Notes under the pieces: model-generated
Seen by the model: only the letters and a program-made list of their open reading frames with translations
Told to the model about the DNA's origin: nothing
Database searches by the model: none
Made by a program: the position numbers and the translations under genes
Assembly (NCBI GenBank): GCA_000320545.1
Contig: ADNK01003276.1
Location: 1-64,000, forward strand
Direction of reading: 5' to 3'
From: Bigelowiella natans CCMP2755
Lineage: Eukaryota; Protista; Cercozoa
DNA: 64,000 nt
Shown here: one piece after another, positions 1 through 19,527 of the stretch
Numbering within the stretch: position 1 is the first letter of the stretch
How the letters are laid out: every line of letters begins with the position of its first letter

Positions 1-157
1 CCGTAACCCTAACCCTAACCCTAACCCTAACCCTAACCCTAACCCTAACCCTAACCCTAACCCTAACCCTAACCCTAACCCTAACCCTAACCCTAACCCT
101 AACCCTAACCCTAACCCTAACCCTAACCCTAACCCTAACCCTAACCCTAACCCTAAC
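1..157 (+). repeat. Telomeric repeat array (CCCTAA)n, i.e. TTAGGG on the minus strand; left chromosome end
   Basis: About 26 tandem CCCTAA units from base 1 (first unit CCGTAA). C-rich strand faces the window start, as expected for a left telomere. Confidence 0.98.
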
Positions 158-164
158 TCCTGTA

Positions 165-1057
165 CCCTGACACAAATGGCCTTGGAGAAAACTCCAACCC
201 TGACTTCCCTGATTTGCAATTTCAATTGACACTTTCTGCCAGAGGTTGCATCTTTTTCGACAGGTGCAGTTGAACAAGCGAAAAGACTCATCTGTGGCAA
301 ATTCTTTCATTGTGATGTGTTTTCGCCCATTTTGGGGCTGCAGTCAGCAGTTTGTTGTTGGTTGTCAATTTGGGAGTTCACAAAAAGTTGTCTCAAAGAT
401 GCAGTTCTGCACCTCCATTTCTGATCCGGAGTCAATTTTTGATGACAAAACGGGTTTTCATTTGGCATGCATCGCATGGTCTGGTTTTGTTCAATGTTTC
501 CAGTTTTTTGGATGACGTCAATTTTGGCAATTGGTGGTGGTGGTTTCAAGGCAATTGCTTTGTTCATGCGTGCATTGCGTTGTGCATCGAGTTCGTTGTT
601 CATTGTGACCAACAAAAAAAGCAATTGCCTTGAAACCACCACCACCAATTGCCAAAATTGACGTCATCCAAAAAACTGGAAACATTGAACAAAACCAGAC
701 CATGCGATGCATGCCAAATGAAAACCCGTTTTGTCATCAAAAATTGACTCCGGATCAGAAATCAACGCACAGCATGTTTTGTTTGTTTGGCGCATTTTGG
801 CACATTGATTTGAGATGAGCAACTCGATGACTCCTTTTGCACCTCTTCCATGCTGGCATGCATGGGATGTGCGTTGACAACGTGGCCAACAAAGCACGTG
901 TGTTGTGGCGACTGCAGAATTCGCATGATGTGCAGGAATGTGCGGCATCTGGTGCGGCAGTGTCTCCAGAAAGATTGCCAATGACCAGAGTGATGAAATG
1001 AATCGTGTTCGCATCATCATCGCAAACATGAAAACATGCATGGCTTCTTTGACGTTT
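165..1057. other. Subtelomeric tract with no TpA dinucleotide, TG/CA-rich
   Basis: Manual scan finds no TA between 163-164 and 1058-1059. Degenerate telomere units CCCTGA occur at about 165-212. Confidence 0.93.
417..762. repeat. Perfect inverted repeat with 145-bp arms (417-561 and 618-762) and a 56-bp spacer
   Basis: Positions pair with i+j=1179. ORFs 467+ and 712- both begin with the same peptide MHRMVWFCSMFPVFWMTSILAIGGGGFKAIA. Confidence 0.95.
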
Positions 1058-1742
1058 TAGTTCGAAGTGCTGGAGGGTTCCTGCGGTGCAGACTCTGGCT
1101 CCTTCTCTGCATTGACGGACTCTTCAATGGTTTCTGGTTCGGTTTGTTCCTCCATGGATGCATTTGCTAATGCCAGTTTCAACACCTCTACAGCTGTTTC
1201 ACCTATCGAATCTTTGACTGAAGGAGAAAGTGGGCGCGGTCCAACGATCTATTTGTGTTTATGAGTGTCTTTGTATTCGCATATACTTTGCATGTACAAG
1301 TGTGAATTTGCTTATTTGTATTTGTTTAGATGAGCTCAGTGTGTGATGACATGCTGTGCAGTGAGGTGCTGTTTCGTGTGCTGGTTTCTTATTTGCATGT
1401 GTGAATAGCTTGAGATTTCACATTACAAGTCAAGAAACAACTACACCTACACACAAAACACACATACACACACACCTGCAATCGTACTACTCGAAAATTA
1501 AATTACATACCATATTGAGGAGTTGCTTCATGAAAACCCTACTTTGCATCATGAGAAGAGACTTTGACCCGAGAATAATTTCTACCACTGGCTCACTTAC
1601 TTCTCCTGCTGCTGTATCATTTGATTTTTGTTTTCCGGATGGCAACCTTAAATTACAACAGCAGCAGCAAGTGTTGATTGTTCTACCCATCCGTGTATTG
1701 AGCACCGAATAAGAAAAATGTAGATTTAAGTTTCTATAATAC

Positions 1743-1801
<59 letters not shown>

Positions 1802-2071
1802 TTTATTATATGTAATATTGTCTTCGAGTACTACTATTCTCCTCCTCCTTTACATGTCGAAGCGCAAAGTGCTTCCTGCCATAATTGGCGACGGTAATGT
1901 CTCCTTGAGTCGGGATCTTAGTTCTCGTAGCATCTTGTACACTTCTGCTCTATCATCCTTCTCAATCCTGAGGGAGAGGGGGAAAAATAACCAACCGACA
2001 AGGGGAGTGCTACTATATAACTATGTATTCACCACAACCTCCACCTCCTTCTCTATGTTGTTGGTTATAGG

Positions 2072-2104
<33 letters not shown>

Positions 2105-2719
2105 TTACTGCTACAGCTGACATATCGCTAATGAAGAATAATATCTCCAAATGGACTAAATATTAGAACTACATAGGAATGAGGATCATGATCATGATGT
2201 TTGATAGTGAAGGTTAGTAGTTTAAAACGAAGCCAATATCCAATGTCACAGCTCATAACGGGGGGGAAAGGGGGGGGGGGAAATCTACCATGGTTGATAC
2301 TGCATCTTATTTACGCTGCGGCGTGCAGAATTCTAACACCGTTCTACTTACCTTCTGGTTCTTTGTCTCTTTCCTAATATCTCTCTCACTACCACGCTGT
2401 TCATCTTCCTCCTCCTCCTCCTCCTCCTCTTACTACTGCTAATTACTACTTTTACTAATACATCACTCACTCACCATGCTATTAATCCACGTTTGAGTCT
2501 AGATATCAAATATCTCCGCGACATGGGTTTCATCACCTATAGTAAGTAGTAGCAGTCAGTAGTAGTAGCAGCAATTAGTAGTACTACAAAGTATTGCTGA
2601 TGATAGAGAGAAGTGTAGATGAAACAACGGTACAACAGTACAAGGAACCAGCATGTGGAAATTGCTTACCGAATCTAGTAAGCAAGTAACACAGATACTA
2701 GGATTTTCCCGTTAATTAT

Positions 2720-2813
<94 letters not shown>

Positions 2814-3948
2814 CATTATATAATCTAAAATTAAAAAAAGAATACGAATGACATGATCTATCCCCTCCTTCGGAGATAATGTGTATTATCTACATCACAT
2901 ATGCCTATGATTATCCAAACATCACTTGGTAGTGTACTACTACTATCACTACCTGTATAGCAATGACCACTGGATCTCCAGAAGTAAATAATTCCCCTAA
3001 ATTGGCAGTTGGTTGTGCTGATTCTTCTTCGCTTCTAAGAAGCGTGCTCCTTTTACCAATTACTTGAATGTTCATCATTGCGCCACAACACCTGTTGTTA
3101 CTATGACTGATATGCTAATAAGAAACGGAAGGAATTGTTTCTCCTCCTAGTAACTATATAATAGAGAGATATCATTATCATTAGGGTTGGTTGGCTATTC
3201 ACAAGTCCGGGCATCGAATTACTTAGCTAACACTGCTACTACAACAACAACAACAACAACTACTACTACTACTACACTACTACTAGTGCATACACACTGG
3301 TATGTATCATCACCCTGTGCTGTCAAAACCGGACCCCAACATTGTAAAGTTGGCTGTGATATCACGGTTCCATAGCATTGACTCTGTTTGGTATAATTGG
3401 CCAAGATCATAGCCAAGCTCTTCCTGAGTTTTGTAATGAGTAATATATGTCATTTGTCATCATCACAAATTATGGTGATTACACGTAAACACACACACAC
3501 ACACACACGCACATGCGCACACAAATACATAGATAACTGTATCTAATGAAGAAAACGAGGATGGATGCATCATTATAAATGGTACTACTTGCTACTGGTA
3601 CTACCACTACTACAACTACGACTACTACTACATTTATCTATCTAGCAGCAGGTAGTAGAAGAACACAAAGAAGAAGAAGAAGGATCACCAATCAGCAACG
3701 AAAGATAGATTAAAGCAACTAGAATAGAAATTGAAATGATCGATGCAAGAAAGAAGAAGGTAGCAAGAAAGAAGAAGGTAGCATCACTGGATACACAGCT
3801 ATATTAATATCATTGCAACACGATCAACATAATAATATAAATTAATTGATTGATTTTGGTTCTTGACACCATGCCAGTTTTGGAAGGGATTTGGTCCAAT
3901 GGTTCTCCCTCTCCTACGACTGCCTTTGGAATTCCCTGAGAGAAAGAA

Positions 3949-3994
<46 letters not shown>

Positions 3995-4401
3995 GAGTAT
4001 CAAATTTATCATCAGCACCAACGAGCGAAGATGTATAATTCAACATATGGCTACTACTTAACGAGCGAAGATGTATAATTCAACATATGGCTACTACTTA
4101 AAAAAGATAAATATCCCTAATCATGCTATTATTTCTGAAATTCAAGGAGATGTAGATTTCCAACATTTTCCTATGTGTGTACGTAACTGCCGTGGCGGCA
4201 TACATCGTGTTTAATTGTTAGATGCTAAGTTCCTACTCCTCTTACTACTTCTACTACTACTACTACTGCTACTTCTACTACAGAAGTACCACATACAGGG
4301 ATACCATCAGTTAGTAATATTACCAGCGGATGTCCCATAGGAATTCTTTCTCTCAGCATTTTGTAACCCCTTTTTATCAACAGAGCTCCGATTGCAACCC
4401 C

Positions 4402-4439
<38 letters not shown>

Positions 4440-5055
4440 GCACTGCCGTTTGGACTTCCCGTATACTAAACATTTGATTGTATATGGCATCCTCCATAAC
4501 AAACTCAATTATCCTTCTTCGTATGCTACGTAGGTCATGTGTAGTCTGGAAAATGAACGATATATCCTTTTAAATCTTATGTTCCTTAAACCACCACCGT
4601 ATCCATTCTGTTTAGTTGTATACCCTCAATCAACCTGATGACTGTGCAATAAGCTCTCCTACTTTGACAGGTTTTGCGACTGAAATAGTAGGCTCGGGAT
4701 CCCTCTTCTTTCTCGGTCCTAAGAACGACGACGCGACGGACATCACAATCATCATCTCAACGCATAAACCAGGCCGAGACCTTACCATACTCATCACAGC
4801 AAGCACCATGCCAACTTTAGGGGAAAAGAGATCATGTTTAAAAAGTGAATAGAAGCTCTGTGATACCGACATCATGTATGTAGAGCATAATTATTCTGAC
4901 GTTTCCTCTAATGCTAGAGAGATAAGTCGCACACCGAATGCTATGTTGGTTTTTGGATCCTGAAAACCGAGCAAGACCACACAAATGGCTGGTGCCAATA
5001 GACCCCACAGCAAGCAGGGAGAATAAGATCGAGTCCCAGTTCTTGGATGTAACAT
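1057..5055 (-). CDS. Multi-exon hypothetical protein with N-terminal signal-peptide-like segment
   Basis: Putative first exon MLHPRTGTRSYSPCLLWGLLAPAICVVLLGF. GT-AG bounded exons include GVAIGALLIKRGYKMLRERIPMGHPL, GIPKAVVGEGEPLDQIPSKTG, IEKDDRAEVYKMLRELRSRLKETLP and LPSGKQ..QLLNM. Last exon 1248-1057 reads IVGPRPLS..PSSTSN*. No family recognised. Confidence 0.65.
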
Positions 5056-6009
5056 GTTGATAATGCTCTTATTATGCGAGGAGGGGGCAATCTTTAGATA
5101 CGAGATATTGCTGTGTGTATTTTGCCTAAGAGACTGTTGTAAAACCTTGTCGTACTATGAATTTCGCATTCAATTTGTTGCTTTATCTTATCGGGGGGAT
5201 TACGGATTCCTCTTTTTCTTCTTTGCAGATGTGATTAGCATCATTAAGTATTTTGAGCTCTCGTTTGTCGGAAATATTACCATGAAATAAATATCAAACT
5301 ATCATCATCAAAATATTGTCGGTCATATTTTCACCGATTATCATCGAACACCACCATCGTGTAATAATCTACGAGTAGTTTATTGAATAAAATAATGCTC
5401 AAAAAAGAGTCGGTTATCAACTGTAGAAGAAAACGATACAGGCCTGTAGTCACCTAGATCTACAACTGGGAAAGCATCTGCAAGCACGAAAGAGTTGAGT
5501 TGACATACAAAAGCGCGGGAATGTGTATGGATAGACTTACCAAAAATTCAAACTCGGCGATGCCATCTGTGATAAAGGACATACAAATTCTACGACATTT
5601 ATTTTCCCTTGTCGCTTACTACTTTTTGTCAATAAAACGCGCGCCCATGGACACACACTTAACGGTTGCTCTTCTAGCAGTGTTGAAACAGGTTAGAAAA
5701 TGAGACCAAAATCTATGCGTAAATTATCATGAGTGAAACCATTAGACAAATGATATTTTGCATAGCGGAGGAGGATTAGAAGGTATTGGTGCTGCAAAAT
5801 TATTGTGGATATTAATTTACGATATTAATAGGATGACTTTTGTCCAGTAGAACCTCAAGTAAACAACAATATTAACAACAACGAACGACAAACCAGATAA
5901 TCCGCCCCTCTTCCTGTCGGCCGTGCATCATCCTATATATGGCTGAAACATTACGAGTATTGGGACCCATGGACCAGTGATATACTGTTGGATACAAAAT
6001 AATTCTCAA

Positions 6010-13703
<7,694 letters not shown>

Positions 13704-14048
13704 TGACGACGGATGATACTCATATTGGCAGTTCCGACAGTAAAAACGTATATATGTAAGTATACTTTCCACAATTTCAACGCTGGGACTATTACTAAAA
13801 GGAATCTCTGTGTGAGAGTATCTTTATTTCTCAAATTCGTGTATTTATGAACAACGCAAATAATGACTACGACCCGAGTTTTAGGAACGGCTGCATTGCG
13901 ACAAGCGCTACTATATATTTCAGTCATTCAGGGCTTATTTGGCATGTCATTATTCATTGTATTGGAATTCCAAATCAACCATTCTCCCGACAAGTCGGAC
14001 CAGTATGTGCTATGCGTTGTTCGGCATTACGCACTTGCTGGTGTGCTA

Positions 14049-15450
14049 ACGAGTGCATGTGCAAGTGTGTGCGCGCACATTGGCTAGATTGACATCCTAG
14101 ATCCATTGCGAAGACATCTGTCATCACCATGTCACACCACTGCATCTCATGTGCCGACAGCGTCATCATTCGTGGCGTGGCCATTCGAAGCCCAACAATC
14201 GAAAGTGCATGCACATGCATGATTTGCATTTTGTTGCTTGCAACAACAAATGCGGATCAGAGATGCATGCACAGGCGGCCACACTGCTGCTAGACGCACT
14301 GTCCAAACCACTGTGTTGTTTGTGTCACGTCTTGCCCAAACCGTGCAACATTGGGCTGTGTGACGAGTGGGGCCATGACACGTGCGCACGTGTGGCCAGG
14401 AGCAACGCGCGTGTGCACGGAATCGATGTGATGCAAGTTTTGTGTTCAATCTTGTTCTAGTTTTCGAGAAATTCCACTTTCATTGCCCAAAATTGAGCCA
14501 TCTGCGTGCCATGCAAGGAGAAAAACCTCACGCACTTTGGTTCCAACCAGCTCCAAGCACAGCAGGAGTTGCAGGAAACTGATCCTCTGAGCTGTTGATC
14601 AAGAGCCATCTGACATGCAGCATAAGTGGTTGGGCCCAAATCCAAAATCTCGAGGAGACACCTCAGTTTTTGTGTTTTGAAAATTGGGCAGAATTGGGAA
14701 ATCAGAGTTTTCACTTTTTCAAGAACAAGCAAAAACAACTCTCCCATTGGCACGAATGCTCAGAATTGCGCGTGCACAGCAAAAAATGATGAAAATTGCT
14801 GAAAGCACTGGTCAAACGAGTCCAGGAGTGCTGGAGTGTCACAAATGGCGACACTTTCTAGCTTTGCTCCATGTGACCACTTGGTGCGTGGTCACATGCA
14901 GCAAAATGTCGACAATTTGTGTGTTTCCACGTGCCCGACACCGTGAATTTTTGCAAATGATCAAATTCAATTGAGCCAAATTGAAGTGCGCAATGACAGC
15001 TGCATGTCACGTTGCGCAAAAAATTGTCGAAAAACATCGTCTAGTTTTTGAGATGGCTCACTTTTTGTGTCGATGTTGCACGTTTGGGCAAGCTGTGGTG
15101 GCAGCATGTAGCACCAGAGTAGCTCATGCACCGCCGTGTGAGAAAAGGCGAATCAGTGTGACCGCCACTCCCAGACGACACGTGCATCAATGTGTGATCT
15201 AGCAATGTTCATGGCATGGCGCACACCGCCAGTGCATGCACAATGGACACAGTGATGTGACGTGCATGTGCACACACACATGTGTGCATGCATGTGTACG
15301 TACATGTCAAGTGCATACGCATGAATAATTCGGCATGGTCACACATGTTGGCGATTGGCGATGTCAGACACGAACCACGTGATCTGCTAGTGATGAAAGT
15401 GGACAATTGAAAGCGGTGCACTAGCTGTGTAGACACTACACTAGGTCATC
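14049..15450. other. TpA-depleted, TG/CA-rich spacer between convergent gene 3' ends
   Basis: Manual count for 14049-15296: 10 TA in about 1.25 kb (7 CTAG, 2 GTAG, 1 ATAA). Confidence 0.9.
14326..15097. mobile_element. Degenerate non-autonomous TIR element (MITE-like, possibly Tc1/mariner-type)
   Basis: CTTGCCCAAACCGTGCAACAT at 14331 is the reverse complement (one indel) of ATGTTGCACGTTTGGGCAAG ending at 15092. Outer flanks are CA (14326-27) and TG (15096-97). Internal repeated motif CTAGTTTTYGAGA. No coding capacity. Confidence 0.5.
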
Positions 15451-15471
15451 GAAATGAAAATATTGCATGGG

Positions 15472-16086
15472 TCAATTTGCATTGCTCAATAGACAACATA
15501 TTGATGAGCGGTTGTTGCAACATTGTGTGGTGAACACGAAAGATGCAGATTCGACGAATGTCATTGCATCCTGCTCGCATTCGACTACATGGAGGACTCC
15601 ATGTTTTTTAGCATCGTCTGCATACTCACACACGTTTTTAAACTGTTAGTTAGACATATCCATCATAAACTCACTTTTCCATGATGTATCTCTTTTTGTT
15701 GCTCAGCCAGTATTTGTTTTGCTCTCTCGCGAAGTTTTTTAACTTCTTTGTTTGTTGCTTTTATCTCCTCCTTTCTGGAGTTCCTATGTTTTGCCACATT
15801 TTTAATTGAAGATTTTAGTTCCTCTAGTTTTTTCAACGCCTTAACGTTTGCTTCTTTCAATGATTGTGTCTCCTTCGCGCTCATTTTGCCAGCCTAGCAA
15901 CCTGAAATTGTGGTTGGCGAGAAACATAAGTTGATTACTACTTGAGACGGGTAAAATGAGGAAAACGCACTCGAAAGAATAATATACGGGATGCATCGTT
16001 CAACTAGCATATTTTTTTGGCATCTCTGCCTGTTTTGGCTCATTCGGTTGATGAAATGCAGAAGAAATGGTACCTCCTGCCCCCAT
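15472..16086 (-). CDS. Small coiled-coil hypothetical protein (boundaries uncertain)
   Basis: Lys/Glu-rich heptad exon MSAKETQSLKEANVKALKKLEELKSSIK..HHGK ends at a GTGAGT donor. Possible first exon MGAGGTISSAF.. Frame of the last exon is unresolved. Confidence 0.45.
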
Positions 16087-16548
16087 TCGCTCACCCAAGT
16101 GGCTCCTATTTTTGGTAAATGACTTATGAAATGAATGTGCGACAACGAATAATTTCGAAATATTATCAGTAAAAGAGGAGGAGAGCAACCGTTTCATATT
16201 CCAAGATTTCTATGACGATTGTGACCGACACACACACACACACACACACACACACTTTACTCGTACTAATGTACGCCTTAATTTCATAGCATATTTTACC
16301 AATAAACTACTACGAGGACAAAAACATTATCATCATCGTGTTCATTTTATCACTCTGCGCTCAGTTTATGCACCTTTGACAGAGATCAATACAACTTATT
16401 TCCTGTAATATTTTCCCATTTTCCCGACAACAATAACAACAACAACAACAATAACAACAACAACAACAACAACGACGACGGACGACGACGACGACTAAGA
16501 CGGCGGCGGCGGCGGCAGGGCGGCGGCGGCAGCGGAAGCGGCGAATCG

Positions 16549-18941
16549 ATGATGCTTAGAGTTGCAAGAGGATTAAGGGTTCGAAGTATATGGCTTAGCA
16601 TGAGAGAAGGCTTTGTTCATAGGCGTTCTACTACTACCACTATTGGGTATGGCTTCATTGCATTACTATTCGCTATTCACAACCATGCTGAGTCGACCCC
16701 AAAGTAGTTGGAAACCTTTACACCTTCCACCGTAGCCATCTTATCTTCTTCTTCAACTTCCCTTTTCTTCACTCTCCTTCTTAGTCACCATGATCGTAAC
16801 CACCTTTATCATCATTATGATAATCATCATTATTATAATCGTTATCATCAGCTTTAGCAGGAGGGGGAGAAAACCGAGAGAAATGAAGGTTTCCTGTAGC
16901 CATACTCTACAAAAACTATTCACGGCTAAAATTGAAATAAAACAGGTCTGTCTTAAGTTGATGCTCAAGTTATGCAACACATTTACCGATGCATCATTTA
17001 CCGATATGACGAACAACTCCTTGAATTTTAACTTTGCGCTCGTAACATGAGAACTCGTGCGCGCGCGCGTGTGTGTGTGGTGAGTGTCTACCTATAATCT
17101 GTCTGCACGCGCGCATGAAACACATAAAAAGGTAATTACATATTATTCCACAAAACAATAGAATGGAAGCATCTCCTCCCCGCGCTCCTCCTCCTCCTCC
17201 TCCTCCTCCTCCTCCTCCTCCTCTTCCTCCCTGCACCACCTAGACTGCAGCAGGGGAAGAATATTTTGTAGTGATGGAATCGATCGTCATCTCCATCAAA
17301 ATGATCGGCGCAAAAGAAATACTTATAGTAGTAGTAGTAGTTGTAGTTATTCGGTTCTCCGGAAATTCAGTAGTGGGAGCATGAAGAAAGGGAAGAATAA
17401 AGACGGAGAAAGAAAAAATGACAAGGAGGACGATGACACCAAATATGAAGATAAGGATGATGGGAAGGCAAGAGGCCAACATGATGGGCGGCAGCAACAA
17501 CAACAGGATCTCGAATGGGATGGGACCCAAGAAACTATCAGAAATTTTTGTATGCATAATGATGATTTGCATGTACTGCGTCATTGTGCACATATACAAA
17601 CACATACATATATTAAGCGTTTACAACAACAATTGTCTAAATGATATTTTATTTATGAATTATTACTGTGGCTGATTATTACTGAATGGTGTCAGTTCAG
17701 TTCATTTCTCGCATCTATATACGTATTTATTGCGACATCCTGTTATTGAGAAATAATGGGTGCTGCTGGAAAATACGAATAATAACCTATTATTTATCAG
17801 TTATGGTATCGTTGCCTTAGTGTTTATTTTAAATATCGCACCACCAGGTATAATAGCCCATGTTGACCATGGAAAAAGCACTCTTTCTGACGCTATTCTA
17901 CAACACGCCGGCAACATCAAAACCGAAGATATGAACACTCAGACCCTGGACACCCTCAATGTCATCATCGTTATCATATAGAAGTTGATCGTATTGCATT
18001 TAAGCAGCAGATGTAGTATTGTAAGAATATACATGTAAATATCTTACTATCCCCATTATTCAGTTATTATTCATTCATTCGTCGGAAAATACCAATTATA
18101 AAGGTTGAGAAAGAGCGAGGAATAACAGTGAAAGCAATGACGGCCTCTATGCTGCATTATCACGAGAAAACGGTTTTCGCTTACAACAATAATACCTGCT
18201 GCATAAACAGCGACCGACTACTACTACTACCACTACCACGTATTCCTAGTGTGACTACATATGAAGTCTAATGATTTTGTACTCTGGTTACCTGCAAAAA
18301 ACAAGTTTCCGATAACAAAAATATGTTATTATTATTATAATTATTGTTATTGATAATATTAATTATTATCCTTTGCATCATAATCATGATCATCTTCATC
18401 ATCCATTGCCTTATGTGCATCGAAGAGTAATTATTTTCATTATTTTTGTCAGGGGAAAACGTATCTTTTGAATCTTATAGACACGCCTGGTCACGTTGAT
18501 TTCACGTATGAGGTTGTTCGATTAGACAGGCGGTAGCAACAGCAACAGCAGAGTATTAATTAGTTGTAGCAGTAAGTAGTAATAGCGAATAAGTCATAAT
18601 CAAGAATGTAGATTTATTCCCACGCTAATAGCTACAAACATATTTTGACATATTTTGACTATTAAGCCGTCCTAACCTCTACGCATAGACGAATGGAACT
18701 GAATATTTTGTAATTTTTTTTATAATAACATGATTAGTTTTGATCAACTAAAATTGACTACACATTGAGAATCTGTTTAGTTTTGATCAACTAATATTGA
18801 CTATACATTCGGAATATGTTCAATATCAAAATTTTATACTTTATTTATGGTTGATGCTATTATATACATGTAGGTTTCCCGCTCTCTAGCTGCTTGTGAT
18901 GGTACCAACCAATGTTCGAAGAATGTTTTTTCCCTTGTTTT

Positions 18942-18988
<47 letters not shown>

Positions 18989-19438
18989 GAAATACTATCA
19001 AACAACAGTATGTGGTTCTTAGTTACACCTACTAATGTAAGCTTCTATTGCTTCTTTTTTCTTCCGCAGGGACTCTGTTACTTGTGGACGCTACGCAAGG
19101 GGTACATGCTGACTAATTGGAGAAAACTGAGGAGGAAAACATTGTTTCTTTCTCGATCCATGTTCTACCGATGACTAGTATTTTTTTGTAACCTAATCAT
19201 CATCTTTATGTAATTGTTCTACTAATAATTTAGAATCTATGTATTCTTTTTAATATATATATCCTAGATTCAAGCACAGACAATCGCAAATTTCTACCTT
19301 GCGTTAGAGAGAGACCTACACTTTGTTCCCGTTGTCACAAAGGTCTAAGGACACCCCAATAACTAAGTCTCCTCCTGCTATTATCAACCATTAAAGCGTT
19401 GATGAGTTGTGAGTTCCACTCCATAAATTATACTCGGA

Positions 19439-19527
<89 letters not shown>

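Noticed and set aside
246-1041. Cluster of overlapping 60-125 aa ORFs on both strands near the telomere
   Set aside because: Without TpA there are no TAA/TAG stops or Tyr codons, so ORFs are inflated and Cys/His-rich. The inverted repeat duplicates some of them. No recognisable domain, though a decayed gene relic cannot be excluded.
4020-4100. Short direct repeats of about 40 bp (also 13091-13173, 36840-36958, 26000-26128) as CRISPR-like arrays
   Set aside because: Two or three adjacent copies without unique spacers, inside eukaryotic introns; ordinary tandem duplications.
14049-15450. CpG-methylation decay or classical RIP as the cause of the TG/CA excess
   Set aside because: CpG remains plentiful (CGCGCG, GCACG) and TpA is the missing dinucleotide. 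RIP would increase TpA.
13847-15649. Many Cys/His/Met-rich ORFs in convergent spacers (also 24390-25171, 43752-44051, 53680-54591)
   Set aside because: Same stop-codon depletion artefact; not metal-binding proteins.
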